From an uncultured Candidatus Binatia bacterium (GTDB lineage Bacteria > Desulfobacterota > Binatia > UBA9968 > CAXXLF01): 64,000 bases of DNA. The translations under genes were made by a program, and so were the position numbers. The DNA is taken from the NCBI GenBank assembly GCA_965218425.1, contig OZ244621.1, positions 2,912,001 to 2,976,000 of the forward strand, read 5' to 3'. The notes beneath the pieces were generated by a model, which had not been told where the DNA came from, did no database searches, and was given only the letters and a program-made list of their open reading frames with translations. Shown in pieces: positions 19,295-30,335 of this stretch. Every line of letters begins with the position of its first letter. Position 1 is the stretch's first letter.

Positions 19295-19871
19295 CGTTGA
19301 TCTGCTCTCACGCTTCCCGTCCGCCTCAAGGGAGTTGCCATTAACCTCGCTGTGGGGAGATGGAAATAATGAGAAATCTTGGCTAAAACTGTGGATAACC
19401 GGCCCGCTGGCGGCCGGATACGATCCGTCGCCGTTCACCGCGATAGGTACAGGCACGCGGCGGTAGAGATTGTGCCCGCCCGGACGGTCCATAGCGGGCA
19501 GAGGGGTTGCGGGGTCGTCAAAGGTAAGCAGCTCCCGCACTCAGCGCCCAAAGCGTCAGATACGACAAAACCCTGATAAGGTCTCCCTTCGGGGTTTCGC
19601 GTTAACTAACCACCGCCAAAGTTAGCGGTCAGATATACGGCTCCCCGAAGGGAGTTGAATTTGCAGTATAACTAGCTGAATAATAAAGAATTATTTAGCA
19701 CCTATGATTCTATGGACCCACAAGCGGACCCACGAGGGCACTACTTAAGGTCCGAACTTTCGCGAAATTTCGAAATCAATTCGTCGCCCGGGTAGCAGCT
19801 ATTGATCTTTCCAGAAGATGTGTGGACTCGTAGCTGAAGCGTGTGGAGGTCGCTACCCTTGTAACGCCTTA

Positions 19872-20961
19872 TTGAGAACCGCATAATATAGTAACATTGG
19901 ATAAGAACTTAATGTATAGTGGTGGTATGGGAAACCCACTTGGAGTGCGACGGGACTTTGAAGCATTGGAGCGGCGGTGGATGGAGGCGGGGAGGCTGTT
20001 GAAGCGAGGGCTGTCGGAGGCGGAGGTGGCGCGTTGGGTGGGAGTGCACCGCCAGTCGGTGAATCGATGGGCGCGGCAGTTGGCCGAGAGCGGCAGAGCC
20101 GGGCTCAAGCAGGCGGGGCGTGCCGGACGCAAGCCGCGACTGAGCCCGGCGGATCTGAAGAAGATCGAGGGCGGTTTGAAACGGGGACCCGAAGCGCTGG
20201 GGTACGACACGAGCCTGTGGACCGCAAGGCGAGTGGCCCACTTGATTGGGGAAGCCTGCGGAGTCACATACCATCCGGGCCATGTTTGGCGGATATTGCG
20301 GCAGTTGGGGTGGAGTTGCCAGCGGCCGACGGGACGTGCCTTGGAACGAGATGAAGAGGCGATCCGGCAGTGGAAGAAGAAGCGCTGGCCGGAGATTAAA
20401 AAAAAGCCCGAAACGAGGGGCGAACCATAGTGTTCGTGGACGAAAGCGGGCTGAGCGAGCGGCCGAATCGGTATCGTACGTGGTCGCCCCGAGGACAGAC
20501 GCCAGTGCTGCAATATCACTTCAACTGGAAGAGTCTGTCGGCCATCGCCGGAGTCACCTGGTGGCGCTTGTACTTTCGAGTGTATCCGGGAGCCATCAAG
20601 AGCCCCCAGATCATCGAATTCCTGAAGCACTTGATGCGTCATGTTTCCGGGCCGCTGCTGGTAGTGTGGGACGGACTGCCCAGCCACCGGAGCCGGTTGG
20701 TTCGGGACTTTGTTGCCGCTACCGAAGGCGCGTTGGTGCTGGAACGGTTGCCGGCCTATGCACCGGAACTGAATCCCGTCGAATACCTCTGGGGATACTG
20801 GAAGCATCATGAACTGCCCAACTTCTGTGCCAAGGACTTCGCTCAACTCAGCCACCATGCTCGTCGCGCCCTTTGCCGAATGCGCCGCAGGCCTCGTCTC
20901 GTTACCGCCTTCTGGAAACAGTCCAGCCTTTTCTGATGTCATTATATTATACGAGGATCAA
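19872..20961 (+). mobile_element. IS630-family insertion sequence with TA target duplication
   Basis: IRs TTGAGAACCGCATAATATAGTAACAT and (rc) TTGATCCTCGTATAATATAATGACAT; TA at 19870-19871 and 20962-20963. Confidence 0.95.
19927..20936 (+). CDS. IS630 transposase (two ORFs joined by a -1 frameshift at A8, 20398-20405)
   Basis: HTH ORF followed by FVDESG, VVWDG..H and LPAYAPELNPVE motifs. Confidence 0.93.
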
Positions 20962-21349
20962 TAGGTAGTCAGTGAAGAGCTTGTCTTGAATAACCCATGC
21001 AACTAAGGACGTGTGCCCAGGCAGAATTTCAACTGGTGGTTCACCGTTCTTTGGCTGAAGTGGGCAGTCAAGAAAAATTTGGTGATTTCTCCCTCTGCCG
21101 ATAGACCAGTCCATTGCCCTGACGACGACGGGATATCTGCCCTCATTTAGAACTCTGATCCGCGTCCGCGATTCTTCAACGTCAACCCGAGCTTTGAGTC
21201 TTGGACGATTCCGGTAATCGGTCACGCAAGAAACCAGCTTGTTTAGGCAAGAAACCAGCCATGGAAAAAACTCGGTGAGCCCCATCCCGCCCAAACTATC
21301 AGACTGGTTGTAAACGGTCCATCGTCACCAGCCCGGTCGGGCGTAGGGT

Positions 21350-21700
21350 TCAACCCGCCCACACGCAGTCCAACTCCAGATAACGCTGCCCCCGCGCCTC
21401 GGTGATCCCTCCCCGGCACCGCGGAGCCCGATCACCGAATACTACACCCCACCGTCGGCTCGATCGCCGCCGTGCACCCGTTACCGGCGCACACTTCAAC
21501 CATCGTCTACCATCAGCCCCGCCAGTGCCGCGGCTTTCGCTAGATCCATGCCGCCGCCCACCATGCTTTGAAACGCCCGCGCCCGACCGGACAGATCCGA
21601 CGCGCGGAGCTCGTGCCAATCGAGAGTCACTTCGGTTTCTAACTTTCGGGTGAGCTCGTCGGAGACAATGCGACCCAGCCGTGAGACGCAATCGAATAAA
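21350..21700 (-). pseudogene. Degenerate phage/satellite portal C-terminus and head-closure fragments
   Basis: ELTRKL..V.LDW.ELRASDLSGRARAFQSMVGGGMDLAKAAALAGL and a ...QRYLELDC tail. Confidence 0.5.
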
Positions 21701-22526
21701 GAGCTCAAATCTTTTGTTGACGGATAACATCTTCCGGATATTCCAGCCGTCTCCGAAATCTTCTATCCGCCCCACGCTTTAAGTGAATCCCGTGGCGCGC
21801 CCGGCCCGCCGCACCGTAACTCCTCACTCCAAACTCCCTGAAATGGGGGTCGGGCAACATGAAAAAGGGGTCAAGCTCCAGCAGGGTGGCGGTTGTAACA
21901 GCCATCAAACCTGAAAGGAGAAGACCCCCATGCCTTACGTCGGGTTAGACTGTCACAAACGATACGGCCAGGTATATGCCATCGACGAGGCGGTGGTCGG
22001 CGCGGCGGATCAAAAATAATTGAGAATGGCCTGGAAAATTCGAGAAATTCCGGGGCGAACCGACCCGGAAATCGCCCATGCAAAGCCGCTGAAAGGGCCG
22101 TGCATCGACCGCGCTCGATGCTGGCAATACCCGAGCAGCGTGCCGACGTGCGGCAGGTTCTCGCCCGACATGACCGCTTAGTTGGCTAACGTGTAGCGGA
22201 GGTCATGGAGCCAAAGAGCGCCAAGGCTGGCGTGATCGACCGTGCGCAAGGCGCTTGGGGTGGTGCGGCCGGCGCCGTCGTGCCCGATGTTGTCAGATGC
22301 ACACTTCACGCAGTAGTTCGTTCACTGTCACTGATGAACCGGCGGCGGTCCACGGCGGTATCCCCGATGAAGGTTCGCCGCAGCTCTCCCTTGCCGCTCG
22401 CAAAGCATCACGGTATCTTGAGGGGAGCACGATGAGCACACGGAGCCGGGAACAATTGGACTTTGTCGATTCAAGTGAACATGCCGGACGCCGTCCCGGA
22501 CACGATGCGCCCGCGCAACCCATGCC

Positions 22527-25379
22527 ATGACGCCGGGTGAGTTCATCGCCAAGTGGCGGGCATCGGAACTGAAGGAGCGCTCGGCGTCACAGGAGCACTT
22601 CATCGACCTGTGCCGGCTGTTGGGCGAGCCGACGCCGGCCGAAGCCGACCCGACCGGCGAGCATTACTGCTTCGAGCGCGGCTCACGTAAGGATGGCGGC
22701 GGCGACGGCTGGGCCGACGTGTGGAAGCGGCACTGCTTCGCCTGGGAGTACAAGGGCAAGCACGCGGACCTTGACGCTGCCTTCAACCAGTTGCGGCAAT
22801 ACGCGCTTGCACTGGAGAACCCGCCGTTGCTGATTGTCTCGGACATGGTTCGGTTCCGCATCCGCACCAACTGGACCAACAGCGTCAGCCGGACCCACGA
22901 GTTCGACTTGGCCGATCTTGCGGATGCGGCCACCCGCGACAGGCTCAAGTGGGCGATGTCCGACCCCGAGCGCCTGCGCCCCGGCGAGAGCCGGCAGGCG
23001 CTGACCGAACGCGCGGCGGCGGCCTTCGCATTGCTGGCGCAGTCGTTGCGGGAGCACGGCCACGAGCCGCAGGCAGTGGCGCATTTCGTGAACCGTCTGG
23101 TGTTCTGCATGTTCGTCGAGGATGTGGGCCTGCTGCCCGGCAACATGTTCACCCGGATGCTGGAACAAGGGCGAAAGCGGCCCGGGGACTTCGCCGTCAT
23201 GGCGCGGGATCTGTTCGGGGCGATGTCCACCGGAGGCCGGATCGGGTTCGAGGCGGTGGCGTGGTTCAACGGCGGGCTGTTCGACGACGACACCGCCTTG
23301 CCGCTGGACAAGGCGGAGATCGAGACAACGCTCAAGGCGGCGGCGCTCGACTGGTCGGAGATCGATCCTTCGATCCTGGGCACGCTGTTCGAGCGCGGGC
23401 TCGACCCGGACAAGCGCTCGCAGCTTGGGGCGCACTACACCGACCGGGACAAGATCATGCGGATCATCGAGCCCGTGATCATCCGTCCCTGGCTCGCCGA
23501 ATGGGAGAAGACAAAGGCCGAGGTCGCCGCGGTCCTTGAACGGGCGGATGCGGCCAAACCGAAGGCGGCGGCGACTCGACAGCGGGGGCAGGCGGAACGG
23601 CTACTGCGTGTTTTCCTCGAACGGCTGCGGAAGTTCACCGTGCTCGACCCCGCCTGCGGCTCGGGGAACTTCCTCTATCTGTCGCTGCACGCGCTCAAGG
23701 ACCTGGAGCACCGGGTACAGTTGGAGGCCGAGGCGATGGGCCTCGAACGGGCTTTCCCGGCGGTCGGTCCGGCCAACGTCAAGGGGATCGAGGTCAATGC
23801 CTATGCGGCGGAATTGGCCCGCGTATCGGTCTGGATCGGCGATATACAATGGATGCGTCGAAACGGGTTCAACGAATCGCGCGATCCGATCCTCAAGCCG
23901 CTTGACACCATCGAATGCCGCGACGCGATCCTGACACCGGAGGCTGGCGAGCCGGAGTGGCCGGAGGCCGATGTAGTGATCGGGAACCCGCCGTTTCTCG
24001 GCGGCAAGCTCCTGATTGCCAACCTTGGCGAGGACTACGTTTCGAGCATTTTCACGGTGTATGAGGGCCGCGTGCCTGCGGAAGCCGATCTCGTCTGCTA
24101 CTGGTTCGTGAAGGCCGGTAAACATATAGGATCAAACAAGGCGAAACGGGTCGGGCTTGTAGCAACCAATTCCATTCGCGGTGGCGCTAACCGGCGGGCG
24201 CTGCAAGCCGCGACCGAGGGGCGGCGGATCTTCGAGGCATTGAGCGACGAGCCGTGGGTGATCGACGGGGCGGCAGTGCGGGTGTCGTTGATCTGCTTCT
24301 CGCACGCCGCCGCCGAATCCGTGTCCGGCGCTCGGCTCGACGACGAGTCCGTCGACGAGATCTACGCGGACCTGACGGCGCGGAGCGGCGGCACCGGCTT
24401 CGATCTGACGGGCGTCCGGCGTCTTGCGGAGAACGCCAGCGTGGCTTTCATGGGCGACACGAAGGGTGGTCCCTTCGATGTTGCGGGCGATCGGGCGCGC
24501 GGGTGGCTCCGTCTGCCGGCGAACCCGAACGGCCGGACCAACGCCGACGTTCTGAAGCCGTGGGTGAACGGTATGGACCTCACCCGGCGGCCGGCAGGGA
24601 AGTGGATCGTCGACTTTGGGTTGAAGATGTCAGTCGGCGACGGGGCGCTCTACGAAGAGCCGTTCCGGTGGGTGAAGGAACACGTCCGGTCAACATGGGA
24701 CAAGCAACGTGTAGCCGAGAGACGTGATCAGTGGTGGTTGCACCATCGGCCACGGCCGAACATGTGGGCGGCGCTCGGCAAGCTGTTGCGCTTCATCGCC
24801 ACGCCGACAGTGGCAAAGCACCGACTGTTCGCCTGGCTCGACGCCCGCATCTGTCCGGATCATCAACTGATCGTCATCGCGCGCGACGACGACACGACCT
24901 TCGGCATCCTGCACAGCCGCTTCCACGAAGCGTGGTCGCTCAGGCTCGGCACCAGCTTGGAAGATCGCCCGCGTTACACGCCGACCACTACCTTCGAGAC
25001 CTTCCCTTTCCCGGAAGGGCTGTCGCCCGACATTCCCGCCGCCGACTATGCAAACGACCCGCATGCTAGGGCCATCGCCGAGGCCGCGCGGAGGCTTGTC
25101 GAACTGCGCGACCGCTGGCTCAACCCGCCTGAATGGGTGGAATGGGTAGACGAGCCGGTCCCCGGCTATCCCATGCGTCCTGTCGCCCGCGACCAAGCGG
25201 CCGCGAAGGAACTCAAGAAACGCACCTTGACCAATCTTTACAACGCCCGTCCGCAATGGCTCACCGACGCCCACGTGAACCTCGACGCTGCCGTCGCGGC
25301 AGCCTATGGATGGGATGCCGGGATTTCAGAGGATGAAGCCCTGAAGAAACTGTTAGAATTGAACCACCAGAGAAAATGA
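22527..25379 (+). CDS. MmeI-like Type IIG/IIL restriction-modification enzyme (nuclease-MTase-TRD)
   Basis: WADVW..FAWEYK nuclease motif, GAHYT, LDPACGSGNFL, GNPPF, RYTPTTTFETFPFP and LTNLYN. Confidence 0.93.
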   Translation: MTPGEFIAKWRASELKERSASQEHFIDLCRLLGEPTPAEADPTGEHYCFERGSRKDGGGDGWADVWKRHCFAWEYKGKHADLDAAFNQLRQYALALENPPLLIVSDMVRFRIRTNWTNSVSRTHEFDLADLADAATRDRLKWAMSDPERLRPGESRQALTERAAAAFALLAQSLREHGHEPQAVAHFVNRLVFCMFVEDVGLLPGNMFTRMLEQGRKRPGDFAVMARDLFGAMSTGGRIGFEAVAWFNGGLFDDDTALPLDKAEIETTLKAAALDWSEIDPSILGTLFERGLDPDKRSQLGAHYTDRDKIMRIIEPVIIRPWLAEWEKTKAEVAAVLERADAAKPKAAATRQRGQAERLLRVFLERLRKFTVLDPACGSGNFLYLSLHALKDLEHRVQLEAEAMGLERAFPAVGPANVKGIEVNAYAAELARVSVWIGDIQWMRRNGFNESRDPILKPLDTIECRDAILTPEAGEPEWPEADVVIGNPPFLGGKLLIANLGEDYVSSIFTVYEGRVPAEADLVCYWFVKAGKHIGSNKAKRVGLVATNSIRGGANRRALQAATEGRRIFEALSDEPWVIDGAAVRVSLICFSHAAAESVSGARLDDESVDEIYADLTARSGGTGFDLTGVRRLAENASVAFMGDTKGGPFDVAGDRARGWLRLPANPNGRTNADVLKPWVNGMDLTRRPAGKWIVDFGLKMSVGDGALYEEPFRWVKEHVRSTWDKQRVAERRDQWWLHHRPRPNMWAALGKLLRFIATPTVAKHRLFAWLDARICPDHQLIVIARDDDTTFGILHSRFHEAWSLRLGTSLEDRPRYTPTTTFETFPFPEGLSPDIPAADYANDPHARAIAEAARRLVELRDRWLNPPEWVEWVDEPVPGYPMRPVARDQAAAKELKKRTLTNLYNARPQWLTDAHVNLDAAVAAAYGWDAGISEDEALKKLLELNHQRK

Positions 25380-25396
25380 CGTTCTGAGCCACCGCA

Positions 25397-26196
25397 ATGA
25401 AGAGAATTGGTTTAATTCCACTAAGTAGGTTGAATAATATCCCCGACAAAATCCGGGCACTTCATGAACTTTGCTTTTTCTTGCACGATGAGTGCGCACG
25501 TTCTCTGGTCGAATATGAAAACGCCGACGCTCAATTGGAGACGATAAAATTTCGAGACCAAGCGGAATTAACGAGATTCGAAGAACTATCCAATGATACC
25601 GATACGATTGAGGCTTTGCGTGAACTTGGATATCTTAACGCCTCCAAAAAGGTTGTTCTAAATACGATTTCTATGGCAATGATCTCTGATTGCCTGCATC
25701 ATGTGTATGAAGCACTCCGATGCTTTGAGAAACGAAAATGTGTAGTGGGATTCAATTTGTTGCGAAAACCTCTGACAGAGAGCTTGCTTTATTTGTCATG
25801 GATGCATGGAAGACGGGATGAATTTTACATCCAATTCACAAAGGGTGATCCCGAAATTCTTTCGTTAAGTAAGCTTGGGGAAAAACGCAAAGAGATTTAC
25901 TCAGAGGCGGTAAAAAATCTCGAACATCACCATTTGTTTGACCCGGATTCCATAGAATATACGATCAACAGCAGGAGAAATGAAAATGGGTTTCAAAAAT
26001 ATTTTCAGCATGCAGTTCATTTGGTAACGACGTGGAATGCTGAACTTCGAACATCCGCAGAGAACTTTAATTTTATATTCAAGAATCCACTTGATGATGA
26101 CATTTATGATTTGATTTATCAAAATTTGCCATATCTTCTATTGTTCATGTCTCATGTGATTATCGATATTTTTGATCGAATGAATAAAATGGATGC
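25397..26196 (+). pseudogene. Low-GC helical hypothetical protein, C-terminally truncated by IS3
   Basis: The ORF runs into the IS3 left IR at 26197; AT-rich. Confidence 0.7.
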
Positions 26197-27464
26197 TGAC
26201 CTTGCCCCCTAAAACGAGTCCAGGTGAAATGTTAGGGATTTTGATTTTAGGAAGGAGGCAAGGATGGCAAGAAAGCGATTTACGGCCGAGCAGATTATCC
26301 TCAAGCTGCGTGAGGCGGAGGTGAGCTTGGCCCAAGGGAAGGCGGTGGGCCAGGTGTGCAAGCAGGTGGGGGTAACCGTGCAGACCTACTACCGGTGGAG
26401 GAAGGAATATGGAGGCCTGAAGATGGATCAGGCCAAGAGGCTCAAGGCCTTGGACAAGGAGAATGCGCGGTTGAAGAAGCTGGTGGCGGATCTATCGCTG
26501 GACAACCAGATCCTGAAGGAAGTGTCCTCGGGAAACTTCTAGGCCCGGCGAAGAGGAGACGAGCGGTGATATGGGCCAGAGAAAGATTGGGACCTGATCG
26601 AGTCTCCGAACGCCGGGCTTGCCAAGTGTTGGGACAGCCGCGATCGACGCAACGAAGAGTCCGAGAGATCCCGGAAGAGGAAGCAAGACTAGTGGCTCGG
26701 ATGATGGAGCTGGCCAGCGAATACGGGCGATACGGCTACCGGAGGATTACGGCCATGCTGCGTGGGGAGGGGTGGAAGGTCAACCACAAGCGAGTGGAGA
26801 GGCTCTGGAGGCAGGAAGGGCTGAAAGTCCTCAGCCGTCAGCCTAAGCGAGGGAGGCTCCGGTTGACTGATGGCTCCTGCATTCGCCTGAGACCGGCGCA
26901 TCGAAACCATGTGTGGAGTTATGACTTCGTGCACGAGCGAACCGAAGACGGTCGGGCCTTTCGGCTGTTGAGCATCGTGGATGAATACACCCGGGAGTGC
27001 TTGGCGATTGATGTGGCCAGACGGATGAATCACCGGGATGTGCTGGAACGGTTAGCGGAGCTATTCGTGGAACGGGGCGTGCCGCAGTCCCTTCGGTCCG
27101 ACAATGGCCCCGAGTTTACGGCTCAGGCTATCCGGGACTGGCTCAAGGCCATTGGTGTCAGGACACTCTACATCGAGCCTGGCAGTCCTTGGGAGAATGG
27201 CTACGTGGAGAGTTTTAACGGAAAACTCAGGGATGAGCTGCTCAACAGGGAGGTGTTTGAAACCCTGAGGGAAGCTCAGGTGCTGATCGAAAGATGGAGA
27301 AGAGAGTATAACCAGCGGCGGCCTCACAGCGCCCTGGGCTATCGTTCTCCGGCACCGGAGGCCTTTCTGCCCAGAGCGCAGGCTGGGAATTCATCCCCAT
27401 GGGCTGGACTCCAGATAATTCCGGCTCTAACTTAAAGGGTGGTACCACTCCTGGGGGCAGGTCA
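26197..27464 (+). mobile_element. IS3-family insertion sequence (IS407-group-like, 1268 bp)
   Basis: IRs TGACCTTGCCCCCTAAAA and (rc) TGACCTGCCCCCAGGAG; no matching flanking duplication. Confidence 0.95.
26264..27435 (+). CDS. IS3 transposase OrfAB (frameshift at GGGAAAC near 26530)
   Basis: Orf[13 protein letters not shown]..; Orf[33 protein letters not shown]. Confidence 0.93.
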
Positions 27465-27613
27465 CCCTGAACAACTAGTATGCTTATTAATATGACAGGA
27501 ATTTCAAATACCCTCCCCATATCCCTATCCCGTTTCTATGTCAACGACATCACGAAAAGTCCAAAAGCGTGCAATTCCGAAAAATATTTTAGGGTTCGAG
27601 ATAAGGAGAAAGT

Positions 27614-28678
27614 ATGGCAAATACGGGTCCATCTCAAGACTTGCATGTAAACCGGCCGAAGAGCCCGTACCGCCAACGACTGGATCAGGAAGGGGTGCCG
27701 GTTCACACGGGTTACTTTATCGAAGATCTTCGTGCCCTCGATGTTAAGCCGTGGCCTCGGATGGGGGCTCTCGGAGCATACGTCCTCCTGGAAGGCACCG
27801 AAGAACGGGATGATGCCTATGTGCTGGAGATTCCTCCAGGCCAAAGTACGAAACCTGAACGACATCTTTATGAGGAGCTCATCTATGTCTTGAGCGGACA
27901 GGGGGCAACGACGGTATGGGCGGAGGGGGAGAAGAAACAGACCCTCGAGTGGCATGCCGGGACGCTTTTCAGCCCGCCCCTCAATACTTGGCATCAGCAT
28001 TTCAGCGGGAGTGGCAGCGAGCCGGCGCGGTTCGTTGCGGTTACCACGGCCCCTGTGATGATCAACCTCCTGCGCGACCCCGACTTCATATTCAACAACA
28101 ACCATGTTTTCCGGGACCGCTACGCCGGGGAGCAAAATTACTTCGACGGTGTGGGTCAATCCATCGGCACCCGATTGTGGGAGACGAACCTTGTGCCCGA
28201 CGTGGCAAGCTTTAAATTGCAGGAATATAAAGAGAGAGGCAAGGGCAATTCCTACATGAGGTTCGAGATGTCGAACAATTCAATGATAGCCCACGTGTCC
28301 GAGTTTCCCGTGGGATCCTACAAGAAGGCCCACCGCCATACCGCCGGAGCCCACGTGATCATCGTCGGCGGCCGGGGTTATTCTTTGATGTGGCCTGAGG
28401 GAACCGAGCCCAAAAAATTTGATTGGCACGAGGGAAGTGTGATTGTTCCCCCCGAACGATGGTTTCATCAGCACTTTAACACGGGAACGACGCCGGCTCG
28501 TTACCTTGCACTTCGTTGGGGAAGCGTAAAGAACCCCATCATTACTCAGAGCACCCGGGATGTGGAAAGAATCAGAAAAGAAGATCAGATTGAATACGAG
28601 GATCAAGATCCAAAAATTCAACAGCTGTTCGAGACGCAGTGCGCCAGGTTCGGAGCTCAAGTCGCCATGAGGATATAG
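27614..28678 (+). CDS. Bicupin domain protein
   Basis: ERHLYEELIYVLSG.G, PPLNTWHQHF, KAHRH.AG and WFHQHFN motifs. Confidence 0.85.
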   Translation: MANTGPSQDLHVNRPKSPYRQRLDQEGVPVHTGYFIEDLRALDVKPWPRMGALGAYVLLEGTEERDDAYVLEIPPGQSTKPERHLYEELIYVLSGQGATTVWAEGEKKQTLEWHAGTLFSPPLNTWHQHFSGSGSEPARFVAVTTAPVMINLLRDPDFIFNNNHVFRDRYAGEQNYFDGVGQSIGTRLWETNLVPDVASFKLQEYKERGKGNSYMRFEMSNNSMIAHVSEFPVGSYKKAHRHTAGAHVIIVGGRGYSLMWPEGTEPKKFDWHEGSVIVPPERWFHQHFNTGTTPARYLALRWGSVKNPIITQSTRDVERIRKEDQIEYEDQDPKIQQLFETQCARFGAQVAMRI

Positions 28679-28744
28679 CAGCTGTCATTGTAGGACCTAC
28701 ACTGCATTCGCCAAACCGGTTAAAGCAGTGGCAAGGAACTGTTT

Positions 28745-29767
28745 ATGGCGCCAATCATCATTTTGCTTTTGCGGCCGGCCGCAGGCCAACCATCGGCTGT
28801 GGATCAGTCACTGGGTTCACGGCTTGCCGCCATGGACGGAGGATTGTCCGGCTCCCTGGTCCTTGCGGAGGATTCGTTTCGTGACGGTGATTTGAGCGAT
28901 CTGGAAAGGAGTTTGAAACGCTGGGTGGGAAAGGTGTCCGGCGTCGTGGGATCCACGGGAGTTGCTGAATCCACCAAGCTCGGTCAGCTTGCGGAGCAAC
29001 TGGATCTTCTCTGCTTTGTCGCCAACAATAATCCTACGGTGTGGGAAGGGCGGAGTCATGTTTTTCATATCGGTGTTCCCACCCCGCTAACCACGCATTC
29101 GGTTGCCGAGAATCTAGTGCGGAACCTGGGGGCCAGGAGGGTCTATCTTCTCCATGATGATACGGAGTTTCAAAGCCTCGTGGCGGCCAGGAGCGAAAAA
29201 TTTCTGAGGGAGGCGAAGGCGGAAGTCCGTTCCTTCTCCGGCGGGCAGAAGGGCTGGGCGGAGGATGTGAGATCATGGGCGCCCGATGCGCTTTACCTGA
29301 TATATTCCGATGAGGGCCTGGCGGTTCCAATGATTCGAAGTCTGCGCGCTGTCTCGAAGGATCTCCCGATTCTATTAGGGAGGTCGTTAATCCGTCAGTC
29401 TTTTCTCTCCTCACTGGGGGAATCCGCCGAGGGGCTGCTCATGGTGGATCTTTTCTCGCGGGGGTCTCCTCGCAATGAACTGGAAGAAAGGTTTGCGAGG
29501 GCTTTATCCAGCACGGGTTCTCATCTTCCAACCGCGAATCACGGGTTCGGCTGGGATGCCATGAGCCTCTGCGGACGTGCACTGGTGGAGGCCAAGGGGG
29601 GTCCGAAATCCGCGATTCGCCACCTGGAATCGGGTGTTCTGCTGGAGGGAGTTACGGGAAAGTACCGATTTAGTTCGGACAATCATAATGGGCGGGGCGA
29701 CTTCAATCCCACGACCTTGAGTCAGATACGAAATGGGCTGGTGAAATCGTACTCGATGGGAAAATGA
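28745..29767 (+). CDS. Branched-chain amino-acid (LivJ-type) substrate-binding-like protein
   Basis: Type I periplasmic-binding-protein pattern; GWDAM and LEGVTGKYRFS..NH.G C-terminus. Confidence 0.7.
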   Translation: MAPIIILLLRPAAGQPSAVDQSLGSRLAAMDGGLSGSLVLAEDSFRDGDLSDLERSLKRWVGKVSGVVGSTGVAESTKLGQLAEQLDLLCFVANNNPTVWEGRSHVFHIGVPTPLTTHSVAENLVRNLGARRVYLLHDDTEFQSLVAARSEKFLREAKAEVRSFSGGQKGWAEDVRSWAPDALYLIYSDEGLAVPMIRSLRAVSKDLPILLGRSLIRQSFLSSLGESAEGLLMVDLFSRGSPRNELEERFARALSSTGSHLPTANHGFGWDAMSLCGRALVEAKGGPKSAIRHLESGVLLEGVTGKYRFSSDNHNGRGDFNPTTLSQIRNGLVKSYSMGK

Positions 29768-30335
29768 TCGCAATCCTACTGTGTTGGGTGTGATGCTTCG
29801 ACGCTTTACCGTTATCTCATGTGCTTTGCGCTGCAAATTTACGCTACGGTGTTTGTCATTGGAGTTGCCACTTAAAAGTGAATGTTTGTCTCTCTTTTGA
29901 CAAACGCCGTCTCCAGCTACGCCACTTGCGCCGCCGCGCCAGACGCATGGCGGGAAGCCCACGCAGCCTGCGATCGGACAAAAATCGGCCCAAAATCGGC
30001 CGTTTTTTCCGGGCCTTTTTAATCGGCAAAACGTGAAGAGACAGGTTGCAATGAGACAGAGTCGCCGTTGCCGCACAAGCATGAATATGGCGCTAATGGC
30101 GATATGGAGGGCAATGTGCCAAGCGGGAATCGAGGGAATGACGCTCCCTGGTGCATATGTATTGCCTGCCCCAGCCGTCATTGAAGGTCCTTTGGCCTTT
30201 ACCCTCATTGTAGAGGAAAGTCGGTGCCATTTTGATATTGGGAGAAGCGGCTACGGGGTGTGAGACTGACACATTAGTCACATAGCCATACCCGTGCAAG
30301 GCCAGACCGATTCGAAAGCGAGTGGGATGGTGGAA

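Larger units (their letters stand above)
19741..21294 (-). pseudogene. Hypothetical protein (153 aa when restored) split by IS630
   Basis: Removing the IS and one TA gives ..FTDYL|RRYKGSDLHTLQLRVHTSSGK..SSDLK* in frame. Confidence 0.8.

Noticed and set aside
19573..19600. Hammerhead ribozyme (CTGATAAG..)
   Set aside because: The core CUGANGA and a correctly placed GAAA are absent.
19869..20942. 357-aa antisense ORF across IS630
   Set aside because: Shadow of the transposase with no independent motif.
22664..25274. Many long overlapping or antisense ORFs inside the R-M gene (and similar ones in other GC-rich genes)
   Set aside because: Expected from high-GC codon bias.
29770..30330. ORFs or ncRNA in the 560-bp convergent intergenic region
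   Set aside because: No recognisable protein motif or convincing structure; only a short AAAATCGGCC duplication.
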